Assembly: GCF_016432865.1 (NCBI RefSeq)
Contig: NC_067401.1
Span: forward strand, 185,442,001-185,506,000
Length of the DNA stretch: 64,000 bases
Source: Antechinus flavipes
Taxonomy: Eukaryota
Direction: 5' to 3'
The translations under genes were made by a program, and so were the position numbers. Shown here one piece after another: positions 36,720 through 48,749 of the stretch. The notes beneath the pieces were generated by a model that ran no database searches, was not told the origin of the DNA, and saw nothing but the letters and a program-made list of their open reading frames with translations. Numbering within the stretch: the stretch's first letter is position 1; every line of letters starts with the position of its first letter.

Positions 36720-38130
36720 AACCACACAAAGATAGAACAAAGACCTCATTGTATTTATTTTTTCTTATGAGAACATATTTTACATGGCACAGCAAATTGC
36801 ATCCTTGATGCTCTACTCCAAAAATTGTTTTTCATGTATATATTAAGATGATACAAGATAGATGAAACGGAGATGAATGTTCCTTTGATTATACGGGTCT
36901 TGATTATACAATCAAGAGATAAAGAAGGAAAATGTGTACTTGCTAAAGTTGTTTGTCGATTATGGAGGATATTCTGGGAAGAATTCAAATGGAAGAGGAG
37001 GGATTCCTTATAGATGGTAAGGTCCTCCAGATGTTTCTGTTTACAAATGACATTGTACTGATTGTATCATGTCCCAAAATGCTAGTGTGTAATGTCCAGG
37101 CTAGTTCTCTGGAGGAGCTCGGGATCAGCTCGAGTCCTTGGTTTTAGTGGGGGAGTGGAGTCAGGATAGCCACTACGAAGCTGGTCAAAGATGGAATCTG
37201 GAGTCTTGTGTCTATGGCTAAGAGCTGTGGCTGAGAGTGAATCTTCTGTGTCTGAGACTCCCTTAAATACCTCAATATGATTACATCACTACAGTACATT
37301 GAGCGTGCACAATTACATCACCATACTAAGTACTAAGTATATGCTTAACTATAAGTATCATGCTGACCTAGATTCAAGTACACCTTTTCAGAGTTCTGGC
37401 CCTCTACACTAAAGAGCTTCCTATTAAGATTTAAAGATGGCCTAACAAACTACATAGGAAAAGCCAAGTGGGTGAAGAATACCTATTTATGATATATACT
37501 TGAATTCTATTCAGTTAGTCCATTAGTTCATATATCTCAGAGAAACAGGGCAATATTGAATAGTCACCAGTAAACTAAGCATCTTCTATTTGCCAGGTAT
37601 TGTGCTGAGCATTTGGGATACAAAGGAAAAAAGCAGTCCCTGCTTTCTGGGACCTCACATTCTAATGGGGGAACTGAAAGTTGAGAATAGCTGGAACAAT
37701 TTTTAATACTTCCAAATTGCACATTAAATCATATCTTTTTTTAAGACCCATGTTTTTCTAGTGATAATATATGTAAATAATGGGAAATCTCTGAAGAATC
37801 AAAATTTGAGTTGACTCTAAGATCAGTGAAGAGATACATGATGAGATAAGTAGGCTATTTCATATTATCAGCAATTCTTGTGCACAAGAAATATACAATT
37901 ATTGAACATGTGAGGGGGGAAAAAGAAGGGGGATAGTCGTGGAATGACTGAGGAGTTATAAACAGGAAACCTAATGCTACGCTAGTACCTATGGAAGGTT
38001 GAAAGATTGAATACCTCCAATATATTGAATAGGTCTTTTGTGGTAGATTTACATGAACTACATGGACCAGAAATGAAAAAACATGGGTGAGTTATATTTT
38101 ATACTTAAAGGAGTATCCACTTTTGATGAG
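36720..38130 (+). mobile_element. RTE-clade LINE relic (RT domain to 3' end), interrupted by a solo LTR
   Basis: ORF 36953..37147 gives MEDILGRIQMEEEGFLIDGKVLQMFLFTNDIVLIVS (RTE RT, LFADD-type motif). RTE-like sequence resumes after 37408. Confidence 0.7.
37088..37408 (-). mobile_element. Solo ERV LTR (321 bp)
   Basis: TG...CA termini (minus strand TGTAGAGGGCC...GGACATTACA); TATTTAAG near 37262-37270; degenerate flanking duplication ctagtg/ctaaag; interrupts RTE sequence. Confidence 0.7.
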
Positions 38131-38934
38131 GTCCCAGACACACTGAAGAGTTTGAGACCTATTAATTGCTTTCCCCTCTCTACTCTGCCTGACAGATAGT
38201 GTGAGTATTTTTCAGGTGAAGAAAATTATACTCAGGCCCACAAAAACTCAATTTGCTCAAAGATAGGAAAAGTGGTATTCCTGTCCCCATTAACACATTG
38301 CATATCTATCAAAATATGTGAAGATGATGATGGCTATTTAAATAAGGTGGAAATCTGGGTAATATCTGCTTCCAAAGGAATATAGAGAAGATAGACTTGA
38401 TAAGCACTCACACATTCTTTTTCTGTGAAAAACTCCCCTACTGTATTTAGATTTAGACTTGGATTTTAGTCATGGCTCTAACATGTACCAGATCTGTGAC
38501 CTTGGCCAAGTCATTTAATTTATCCAGTTGTTAGTTTCCTAATCTGTAAAATGGGGTTTAATAATGTACTACTTTTGTCTCACAGAATTGTTAGTGAAGG
38601 TCAAATGGAACATTTTGTAACATAAGAATCTCCAAGTCAATATAGCATTTATTCAATAAACATTTTTGAAGTATGTGATGTGTAGAGCTTAAGCTGTTCT
38701 AGGCACTAAGAGAAATATAAAGGTATATAATATGCAATCTTTGCCTGCAAAGATATTATCTAATATTGATATACCTAAGTGCTTCTGTCTCTAGCTGTTA
38801 CTCTACTAATATAGGGCTTGTTCTTTCTTGTCCTGTTCTTTCACTGCATCTCTGTCTCTTTTCCCATCTAAAAGTGATATGTCTCTCTTGAAAGTTGTAT
38901 GTTTTTGCAGGGAAGACTAGGCTGTTTATGAGAA

Positions 38935-38939
38935 GATGT

Positions 38940-38970
<31 letters not shown>

Positions 38971-39187
38971 TGTGTGTGAGAAAGAGTGTGTGTGTGTGTG
39001 TGTGTATGTTTTATAAGGAGTTTCTCATTTTTAATATTTAATTTAACAAATGTGCAAAAAAAAAAAAACTGCAAGCCACTGTATTCAGGGAGTGTTTTAA
39101 GTGTGTATATGTATATTAGAGAAGTTGTATATGAGGATGTCTAAAAGACCTCCAAAAGATATTTGTATAAAGGTGGTATGTATTAGA

Positions 39188-39231
<44 letters not shown>

Positions 39232-39270
39232 GAGAGAGAGAGAGTGTGTGTGTGTGTGTGTGTGTGTGCG
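38935..39270. repeat. Compound (GA)n/(GT)n microsatellites at about 38935-39005 and 39190-39270
   Basis: Direct read. Confidence 0.9.
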
Positions 39271-40579
39271 CTCTGGACTGAATTCTAGCCCAGAATTCTA
39301 CCAATTAATAGGTATGTGATCCTGGAGGCCTCAGTTTGATTATATGTAAAATGGACATAATAACCTTCTTTGTGAGGATTGAATAAGATCATTTGTATGA
39401 AAGCATTTTTCATACTAAGTGTTATAGCACATTAAGGAATCATTATGTTTCAAGTTTATGTAGTGCTCTAAGTTTCACAGAATCTAAGTTTTCATGGAAT
39501 CTTGATGTAGTAAGGGCAGATTTTATTTCATTTTGTATAGTCAACGTCATATAGCTGTTTATCAAAAGAAAAGTTAAAATTCCTGTCAGAGGACCTTGGT
39601 GCAGTCTTAAGTGTGGACTTGGAGGACTCGTTTAACCATTTTGGGCTCCAGATTTATCATCTGTATAATAGGAATGATGTTTTGCACTACTCACCTCTCA
39701 GTTGTTTTAAGCAAACACTTTACAAAACTTATAGCACTATATAAACATAATAATATGTTATAAGTGACAGATCCAAGATTAGAACCCAAAATCTTATAAT
39801 TTCTACTCTGATGTTCCTCTCCTATATCTCTATGAAATAAAGAGTATAGGCTTGCATGTGTGTGAAATCTATCAGAGTATTTGATAATGGAGTAAGAACC
39901 AGGCTTGTATCAGTCTTGAAATTGTACCTTTGGGAAGAGTAGAAGATAACTAGTGACCTAAACTGAAATTTACTGATTGCCCTATTAGGAAAATCTTTAT
40001 GGTGGAAAAAGCTTCTAGCGTTGTGGTCTATGTGGACAGCAGGTTTAAATCTCATAATTGGGTATTGAGAAACATCAGTCAAGTGAAATCTGGAACCATA
40101 AAATTCTAGAACTGGAAGGGACCTATGGAAAAGATTATCAATCATCTTTGATGTTTAAAGGAACCTGTTATATTAAAGGCATCTTTAATACTTGTTAGCA
40201 TTGTGAAAATCAAATTTCAATTTGGGCTGTATAGGTGAATCATTATAGGGCAATGAGATGGTAATATGTGAATTAATTGACTAGACTTCTTTAGACCAGT
40301 AATTTTACAGAATGCAAAGGAACTGTCTTCAAAACTTTGGATTAATAATGAGACTCTACAAATTAATTGTCTTATTTCTTTGGAGCCAATAAAACTGCGC
40401 TATGCAAATGACCTGGCTGGAGCTACCTTTGTAGAAATGAAAGTTCACAAATGAACCAGCCTGTCTACTTTGACCACCTCTTCCCCTCACCATTCTGTAG
40501 CTTCTGCTCTTTCATTCTCTGCTCCCCTGTCATCTTCCATAAGATTCCATTGATTTTTCATCTGTTTATTTTTCCACAG

Positions 40580-40638
40580 AAAATTGAGACCAGGCTGAAG
40601 GAACTACCCCCTTCACTCCATGTTGACCTCTCCCTCAG
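40580..40638 (+). other. ZBTB4: Candidate 59-nt non-coding internal 5' UTR exon of ZBTB4
   Basis: Polypyrimidine acceptor ctgtttatttttccacag| and strong donor CAG|GTAAAG, about 950 nt upstream of the first coding exon. Confidence 0.5.
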
Positions 40639-41602
40639 GTAAAGGCTATGATGGGGGAGTTTCAAGATAAAGAAGTGGGCATATAATCCTGGTATAAGAT
40701 CTAGAATTTGGATAGGGAATTGATTTAGGCAAGGAACACTGTGCCAAATGGGCAAATGAGTATTTTGTCTAAGGATTAGAGAGTTATACAAAATGAGGAG
40801 GGTCACTGAAACTTCTTATTTATTTCTGTCACCAAATAATTGTGATTTCAGGTATTCAGATTTTCCCTTATTCTATGACCTCCATGGCTTTTGATTGTCA
40901 TTGCCCTCCTTGAACCCTCATCCTTTGTGACTTCATGAACTCTTGACTATTTCAACTACTTAGCCTCTCTAAACCCTCTCTTTCTGACCAAACATCTTAA
41001 TAACTGCATTTAAATATTTTAAATATTTAAAGAATACTGGATTTGTCAAAAGTCCTGAGTTCAAATCCTGTTTTTGCCGCTTGCTAACTGTGTGATCAGG
41101 GGCAAACTATTTAACTTCTTTGAGCTTCTTCTATAAGATAAGGGAGTTAGACTAGATCTCCAAGTCCCTATTTCAGCTCTAAATCCTAAAATCATATTTC
41201 TCCTGCATTTTAACCTTTGACTTTCATGTAACCATCAGCCTGTCTACTTTGGTTTCTTGGACCCCCCAATGTTGGAAATTTGATTCTTCACCTTTGACTA
41301 GATACTTCAGGGAACTTTCTCCCCTCTCCCATTTGCCCTTTGATCCACAACATTTGACCTTTCCCAATTTATTTTTCCATTAAATTTGACCTTTCTTTCT
41401 TCTTGACATTTAATTTCCCCAGTTTATTACAATTGATTGCTATCTCCTCACCCTTGGCTCCATTCCTGGATCCCCTGGTATCCTGTCCCTCTCTGGTTTA
41501 ACTCATCCTCTCACTCATTGTCCCAAAACCTTCTGGACAGCTTCCTTCAACCCTAGATTGAATCTTCTTTGCCCTTCCCTCTTCCCTCTGCAGGCTGGCG
41601 CC

Positions 41603-42934
41603 ATGCCCCCTCCTGCAGAGGTGACAGACCCGTCCCATGCCCCAGCTGTGCTGCACCAACTCAATGAACAGCGTCTCCGTGGCCTCTTCTGTGACGTCAC
41701 CCTCATTGCTGGAGACACCAAATTCCCTGCTCATCGAAGCGTCCTGGCTGCCTCCAGCCCCTTCTTCAGAGAGGCCTTGCTAGCTCAAGCTCCATCACCA
41801 CTGCCACCTGTGACAAGGGATCCTGCCCCAAACCCTTCTGCTTCTTCTGCTTCCGCCTCCTCTTCCTCTTCCTCCTCCTCTTCCTCCTCTTCCTCTTCTT
41901 CTTCTTCCTCTTCCTTTTCCTCTTCTTCTTCCTCCTCCTCTCCACCTCCACCATCCTCCTCCCCTACAGCTTCACACCCACCCCGGGTTCTAGAATTGCC
42001 AGGAGTCCCAGCAGCCGCCTTCTCCGACGTCCTCAATTTCATTTACAGTGCCCGACTGGCGCTGCCTGGAGGTGGTGGGGACGGGGCAGCTATGGCAGAA
42101 ATTGGGGCTTTGGGACGGCGCCTAGGGATCTCACGACTTCAGGGACTCAGTGAAAATGGGGATGCTTGGGTTCCTCCTGCTCCACCACCCCCAGCTCCAC
42201 CTGAGATTAATAGTTTTGCCACTGGTCCTTCAAAGGAGTGGCAGGGGAGTGGAAGTGAAGTCCCTACATCACAGACTTCCCTTCCCCGGCGGTCTCTTCC
42301 CTGCCCTCGCTGTGGGAAAAATTTTATCCATGCTAAACGGCTGCAGACACATGAAGCCCAGTGTAGGCGAGGGACAGGGGCTCGGGGAACAGCAGGTGGG
42401 CAAGGGGATGGAGGCTCCCAGGAAGAGAGCCCAGAAACAATCCGAAATTCATCTGCTTCCTCCAGCACAAGTTTTCGAGGGGGTCCAGAGCATGTGGTGA
42501 AGGTAGTGGGTGGTCATGTGTTGTATGTCTGTGGGGCTTGTGAACGCTCCTATGTGACACTCTCAAGTCTGAAGCGGCATAGTAATGTGCACTCATGGAG
42601 GAGGAAATATCCCTGCCGCTACTGTGAAAAGGTGTTTGCCCTGGCTGAATATCGGACCAAGCATGAGGTGTGGCACACAGGTGAACGGAGGTGAGTTACC
42701 TGGAACCTCAGATCTTGGGGGTGGGAGCTAGGGAAAAGAAACCTGAAGCTGTCTATATTTCTACTTCCAGGACAGAGGCTCAGCCTATATAACCATGAGA
42801 TTACTTTCCAGCTCAGAGGTTATAGTTCTCTAATCAGGAATTCTGAGATCCTGGGGGTTCTGTTTTTTTAAGATTCTATTTTTTAAAGAGAGCCTTTTTT
42901 GGATTTAGAAGACCTGGATTCAAAGCCTTAGGGA

Positions 42935-42971
<37 letters not shown>

Positions 42972-45157
42972 ATTTTATAAAATGAAAGAATTGGACATAA
43001 AGGGGGTCTCCAAGGTCCCTTCTGATTTTAGAATCTGATAACCCTGTGAGATAATGTTCCACATGAGATAATGTTCCACACAGCTAGAAGTATGCTCAGA
43101 CAAAAATGAAATCCGAAATCCTAACCTCTGGGGTTAAATGACCTGAACCTGTTTTCCATGTAACACTGTTTCCTGTTGACCTGTTGCCTCTATCTAGGTA
43201 CCAGTGTATCTTCTGCTGGGAGACATTTGTCACCTATTACAACTTGAAGACTCACCAGCGAGCTTTTCATGGTATCAGCCCAGGCCTCTTGGCCAGTGAG
43301 AAGACCCCCAATGGTGGCTACAAACCCAAGCTGAATACTCTCAAGCTATATCGCCTTCTCCCCATGCGGTCTGCCAAGCGACCCTACAAAACTTATAGCC
43401 AAGGAGCACCCTCTACCCCTGCTTCTGCCCCTTTGTCACCAGAACCCACTCCATCTGCATCGGCTATCCCCCCCATCCTCCCCACAACACCCCCACCCCC
43501 ACCTGTCCCTCCTCCACCTCCCACCCCTGCCCCCCTACCTTCTGTCATTGCCTTTGCCCATCCAGCCCCTTCAGTAATTGTACATGGGGGCAGCAGCACA
43601 GGAAGTAGCACGACTGGCACAACTGGAGCTCAGGCTGCCTCAGTGATTGCCTATACAGCTCCGCCAAGGCCTCCTAAGAAACGTGAATACCATCCCCCTC
43701 CACCCCAGCCAGCAGTAGCGGTGGTCACAGCAACACCATCCACCCCAGCTACAACCACACCAGGGGCTACTGCAGAAGAGAACAAGGGTAGGAATCTCCG
43801 GGCAGGAAAGACTCTGACATACACAGCCAAACCAGCTGGTGGGGGGGGGATGGGACCTTCTGGGGGGCTCAACTGGGGTGGAGACTCTTCCCAACCCCAG
43901 CCCCCACCACCACTGTGCCAGATCACAGTTCGAATAGGTGAGGAAGCTATTGTCACTCGAAGAATTTCTGAAACTGACCTCCATCCTGGAGAAGCTAGTG
44001 GCCTTGAAGAAGGAGAGGACAGTGAAGAGGAGGAGGAGGAGGAAGAGGAGGAAGAAGAGGAGGAAGAAGAGACTGAGGCTGGGAGTGAGGACCAACTCTG
44101 GCGGCCATACTATTCCTATAAACCTAAACGGAAATTGGTTGGCACTGGTGGGGGGAGTAGCGGGACCAGCAGCAGTAGTGGGACCTCCAAATGCCGCCGC
44201 TCTCGATGGAGAAGGAAGTTTGAAAGACGAGCCTGGGAGGAGTCCAGATCCACTGAAAGCCCCTCTGAACAGACCAGCAGTGAGTGGAAACATCAGTGTG
44301 GAGACTGTGGCAAAGCTTTCTCAGCTCTAAGGAAGCTGCACAAACACCAGGAAGCCCATGGTAATGGGGGCACCCAGGGACCCCGGGCTGGCCGGAAACC
44401 TTTGACCCGTTTTGCCTGTTCTCATTGTCCAAAGGTGTGTAAGACAGCAGCTGCCCTGAGCCGCCATGGGCAGAGGCACACTGGGGAGCAGCCAGGGGGT
44501 ACCCCGACACCTGTTATTGCCTATTCTAAGAGCAGTGGAGGAAGTGGGACTGGGTCAGGACTGGGATTAGGTGACAGTGGGGTAAAGGAAGAGGCCCCTC
44601 AGGAAATGCAGGTGTCATCATCCAGTGGGGAAGCTGGTGGAGGAGGGGGAATTGGTGGTGGGGGCCTTGAGGCTGCCTCTCTCCAGGATCCTGTTATCTC
44701 AGGAGGAGAAGAACCCCCAGGAGTGGGAGATGGGAGCTATCCTCCAGTGCAAGAGTTCCCCTTGGCCCTGGTTGAAGATAAGCAGCAAGTTTCAGGTCGG
44801 GGGGAGAAGACTGGAGCTGAGGGATTGATTGGGGAGGGTGTAGAAGGGACTGCACCTGCCAAAGTCACTTTCTACCCTGAATCTTACCCACTGGTATATG
44901 GTCCTCAACTCCTTGCTGCCTATCCTTACAACTTCAGTAACCTTGCTGCACTCCCAGTTGCCCTCAACATGGTTCTGCCTGATGAGAAGGGTGGTGGTGC
45001 TCTACCCTTCCTACCTGGGGTCTTCAGCTATGCTGTGAATCCTCGGGCAGCACCCCCCACCCCCCCTCTTCCTCAGTCGATGCCTTCACCAGTTCCCCCC
45101 AAGGGAGATGGGGGTGGAGGAGGAATTGAGAGGGCCCAGAAAGGAGATGTAGGATGA
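41603..45157 (+). CDS. ZBTB4: Zinc finger and BTB domain-containing protein 4 (Kaiso-family methyl-CpG reader), 2 coding exons, 1015 aa
   Basis: Exons 41603-42690 and 43198-45157 (acceptor ctgcag|GCTGGCGCCATG; junction CGG AG|G TAC). The N-terminal BTB domain (LHQLNEQRLRGLFCDVTL...HRSVLAASSPFF) is split by poly-Ser. Kaiso-type finger triplet (RSYVTLSSLKRHSNVH, KVFALAEYRTKHEVWH, ETFVTYYNLKTHQRAFH), poly-Glu tract and two distal C2H2 fingers. Confidence 0.98.
42935..42966. repeat. (TG)n microsatellite in the ZBTB4 intron
   Basis: Direct read. Confidence 0.9.
43047..43080. repeat. Perfect 17-bp tandem duplication
   Basis: tgagataatgttccaca x2. Confidence 0.95.
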
Positions 45158-47092
45158 ACTCATTACTTGGTTAGCCCCTTCCACCAGAAACCACCCTTGC
45201 TTTCTACCTACCCTCTTTCTTTCTGCTCCTGGCCTTCTGTCCCTAGCTTGTCCCCCAAGTCCCCTGGAGATCTCTAGTAGCCTCTGTGCTATAACTGCTA
45301 ATATGAGAGGAATGCAGGGGAAAAGATTCCTGAGATCTCTTGGGTTGAAACTGATTTGGGGCTTATAGCAATTTTCCCATTTCAAGAAAAGTGATGATTG
45401 GTGAGTCTCACCACCTCTTTTCCTCTTTTCCAAATCCTCCCCCACCCCACCTGCTTTACCATATCAGCCCAGGGTAGTCCCTATGGGAAGGGTATCTTTC
45501 AGTATTAATGTAGTTACCCAGCTCCCTAGCTCCTGGAGTGACATAGATACATGTGTGTGTACATAGACGTGTGTGTGTGTGCGCACACATATATTCCTCC
45601 TCAGAAATGCCACTTGTGGTTTCTAGATCTAGGGGGGAATACCACCTCTTACCTTGTAACCTACTTTCCCTGTACTGTTTCCTTCCTACCACTACAAAAA
45701 AAAAAAAAAAAAAAAAAAAAAAACTTTTCCCCAGCACATTCCATTACCTCTCCCCTCCCCACTCCAGTACAGCTGACGGGGTAGTATGGCTCAACACCAG
45801 AACCATTGTAATACCCATCATCTACACACCTAGGGACCTTCTGAAATAACTCCTGTGCTGCTGGGCAATGTTTTCTCCCTATCCAGAACAACAGTCATGT
45901 TCTTCTGTCCCCCAACTTTAATGTTGGTCATTCCTATACTCAAGTGAAAAGAATTGGTTGCTGGTTGGGTTATATAGGAGGCTCTCTCTGCTCAGCCAGA
46001 TTGGGGGGAGCGGGGAATAATAGAAATCACTTCCATTTTTGGGGGGTGATGGTTTCACCCAGATCAGAACAAATATCGAAAACTATTGGAGTAATGTTGG
46101 GGTATGGGAGGTACTAAAATTTGCACATACCCGCCTGCCCTTTCAACTCTATTTCTCCTAATGTTATATCCACAAACACTGGTATGGATCCAAATGGAAC
46201 TGTCTTTTATTTCCCAGGTTGTATATTAAAGCACCCCCTCCAACTCCAATATATGGAGATCCCTTTCCATCCAAAAGAGCACCTTACCCTTAAGGGATGG
46301 GGGGAACAAGGGACCTCCAAGTAGCCCCCAAACTTCTAATTTGCACTAGTGATACCCCATTGAGGGGTGCCCTATTCCTTCTCAGTAGGGAAAATGGGTA
46401 CTATTTCCTAATCCCTTGAGCCCATGAAAAATAATCTTCTAAATTTCATCTCCATGCTAGGGAACTGGAGCTAAAACCCTCTTTCTGTTCACCTCTCAAA
46501 TTGAGCCTCCCCTGTCTTAAGATTAGGTGAAAGATAACTTCCCCCTACCCATGTCTAAATGAAAACAAAACAAGGAGAGTCAGATAGGGGAGTAAGTTTG
46601 ATGGGTGTGAAGTAATTTGAAAAAAGCAAAAGCTTCTTTCTACTTAAAATGGCAAGAATTTTTCCCAACCACCAATAACTGATCAGGGGTCACGATAATA
46701 GTGACAATAATAGTGATTATATGAAAATAGTGATAATAATAATAGCATACTCAAATGCGAAAGTCAAAATGACTCCTAGAGGCAGGTAAATTTGGAGTAT
46801 GGGAATTCTTCCCCCAGTTCCCAAACTGCTTGTTATTCCCTTACAGCAAAATGATCAGGGGCATTGGGGTAGGAGAGAAGGCCTGCCTCACTCCCTTATA
46901 TTGAATATCATTCCTCTCTCTCTGCACTTTTTTTTGGTCTAGACCAAAACCCAAGAAAAGAGTTTCCTCCTGAATGTACCAAGTCCCAATGTTTAAGGAA
47001 AAAACAAAAAATACATCAAAACATTCCCCTCTCCCCTCCCCCCAAAAGATCTTGTTTTTGGCACTTTAGAGAAAAACTGTGGGAAACTACAT

Positions 47093-47098
47093 AATAAA
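47093..47098 (+). terminator. ZBTB4: Candidate ZBTB4 poly(A) signal
   Basis: AATAAA about 1.9 kb after the stop, just downstream of a GCACTTTA miRNA site and followed by AT/GT-rich sequence. Confidence 0.5.
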
Positions 47099-48360
47099 AT
47101 ATATATCTACACACAAATATACATATAATGTGTGTGTATATATATATAATGTATGTGTGTATAAGTATATATGGGAATCACAAGAGACTGAAGAATGCCT
47201 GGAGGCAGAGAGGAGATGCACTAAGGGCCTCTCCCTCCCTTCTCCACTTTTATATTTACCCTTCTCCAGAGAAAGGAGGGGAGAAAAAAGAGAATTCGGG
47301 ACTCTTGAGAAACGATCAGATAATTTTTATTTCAAAATAGATTGACATTCCAAACAGAGATTATGGAAGAATTAAAAGTACAAGAATTTAAAGGTTTGGC
47401 AATGTTACTATTTGAGAAAATCCAGTTTCTAGGATTTTGAAACTTTAACAAAGATCATAGGAAATTGGAAGGGCTTTCTTTAGAATGAGGCATCTTGCAA
47501 TTGTGGAAATAACATATTGTAAATTTTAGATTGAAAATGATTGTGATCCCTGTTGTGCCAAGCCCTTTTATTCCCTCACTGAGAGGGAAGCCATTGTAAA
47601 GAGGGGGAAGGCTTTTGGATCAGTGCTGCGAAGAGAAAGGAAAGATTTAAGATAATACAAACTTTTTAGCTTTATATTTTTAAGGAAACAGACTTAGAAA
47701 AACTGATTATATTTATCTTTCCACATCTGTGTGTGTCCAATTCTCTACCTTCTAGGTGAATAAACAGACAAAATGGACTGTGCTCTGTATTAGGGATGCC
47801 TCTTGCACTTATTTCCATTGGAAGGGATGAGGGGGACTGGGGATTTAGGGTTTACAGAAGATGGAAGATGCCACACTTCCCACTAATCCTAGGAGTTACT
47901 TGGAAATGGAAAACTGATTGCTCTGTAAAAATGCCTCCCCATACCATTTCTTTCCTAGGGGTTTGTGGGTCCTTCCCATGCAGGTCCTTCATACCTAGAC
48001 CTTGAGTAAATTGCTGACTGCAGCCAACTCCTAGCAGCTCTTGATGACAAAATACCGCTCACCATTGCAGTCTCTAAAACCGCTGGGAATTGGGAAGTCC
48101 TAGCTGCGTCTGAAAAGTGGTTCTGAAATGGGATTAAAAAACACCCTCTTCCAATTCTCTGGACTTCCCTTATACCTCTGTAATCTAACTTTGGTATTTG
48201 GATCATCTTCTCTTTTTTGAAAAGAAATTGGGTTCAATTTCCCCTAGTCTGAGGATCCACCCTATTCTCTCCCATGTTTCTCCCTGTTTGATTTTGTCTG
48301 TATCTCCCTACTTCTCACCTGTAAATGTCCCTCATCCTAGCCTCAGAAATGAGACTGAAA

Positions 48361-48430
48361 AAGGATTAAGATTCCCTCCTACATTTTGTCACCAGAAGGC
48401 TTAGGATTCCCTCCTACATTTTGTCACCAG
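48361..48430. repeat. 35-bp tandem duplication (2 mismatches)
   Basis: aagg(a/c)tta(a/g)gattccctcctacattttgtcaccag x2. Confidence 0.93.
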
Positions 48431-48695
48431 CTCTCCATCTAGTGTCACCTAACCTGAGCCCATAGTAAATAGAGAATTCTAACCTAGGAAAAGCTTTCAA
48501 GAACGAAAAGACTAAGCCTATGATGGCAAATTTTCAGGCATAGCTGGATGTAATAAAATTTTGTGTGCTACTCAAAGTCATCTGATAAGTAGGTACTTGC
48601 TTAAATCATCCATTCCCAAAGCAGTCTAGCTTGGAAAGGTTTTTTTTTTTTTTTTTTTTTTTAAGATTCATTTGTTTTACGATATATAACAAACA

Positions 48696-48701
48696 TTTAT
48701 T
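48696..48701 (-). terminator. CHRNB1: Candidate CHRNB1 poly(A) signal
   Basis: Minus-strand AATAAA about 390 nt after the stop, within an L2-terminus-like aacaaacatttattaag. Confidence 0.45.
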
Positions 48702-48749
48702 AAGAAAAACTGCAGAGAGTCTGGAATTGGGCTGGGAGCATGAGATTTT

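Noticed and set aside
36755-37147. Short ORFs resembling a polymerase
   Set aside because: Decayed RTE reverse-transcriptase fragment with stops; not an endogenous viral gene or a functional CDS.
41766-44510. Poly-Glu, poly-Lys/Arg and other antisense ORFs (up to 217 aa)
   Set aside because: Reverse or alternate frames of the ZBTB4 poly-Ser, poly-Glu and poly-Pro tracts.
48361-48430. Direct repeats with a short spacer (CRISPR-like look); also 21816-21865 and 43047-43080
   Set aside because: Only two copies, contiguous tandem duplications in eukaryotic DNA; no array and no cas genes.
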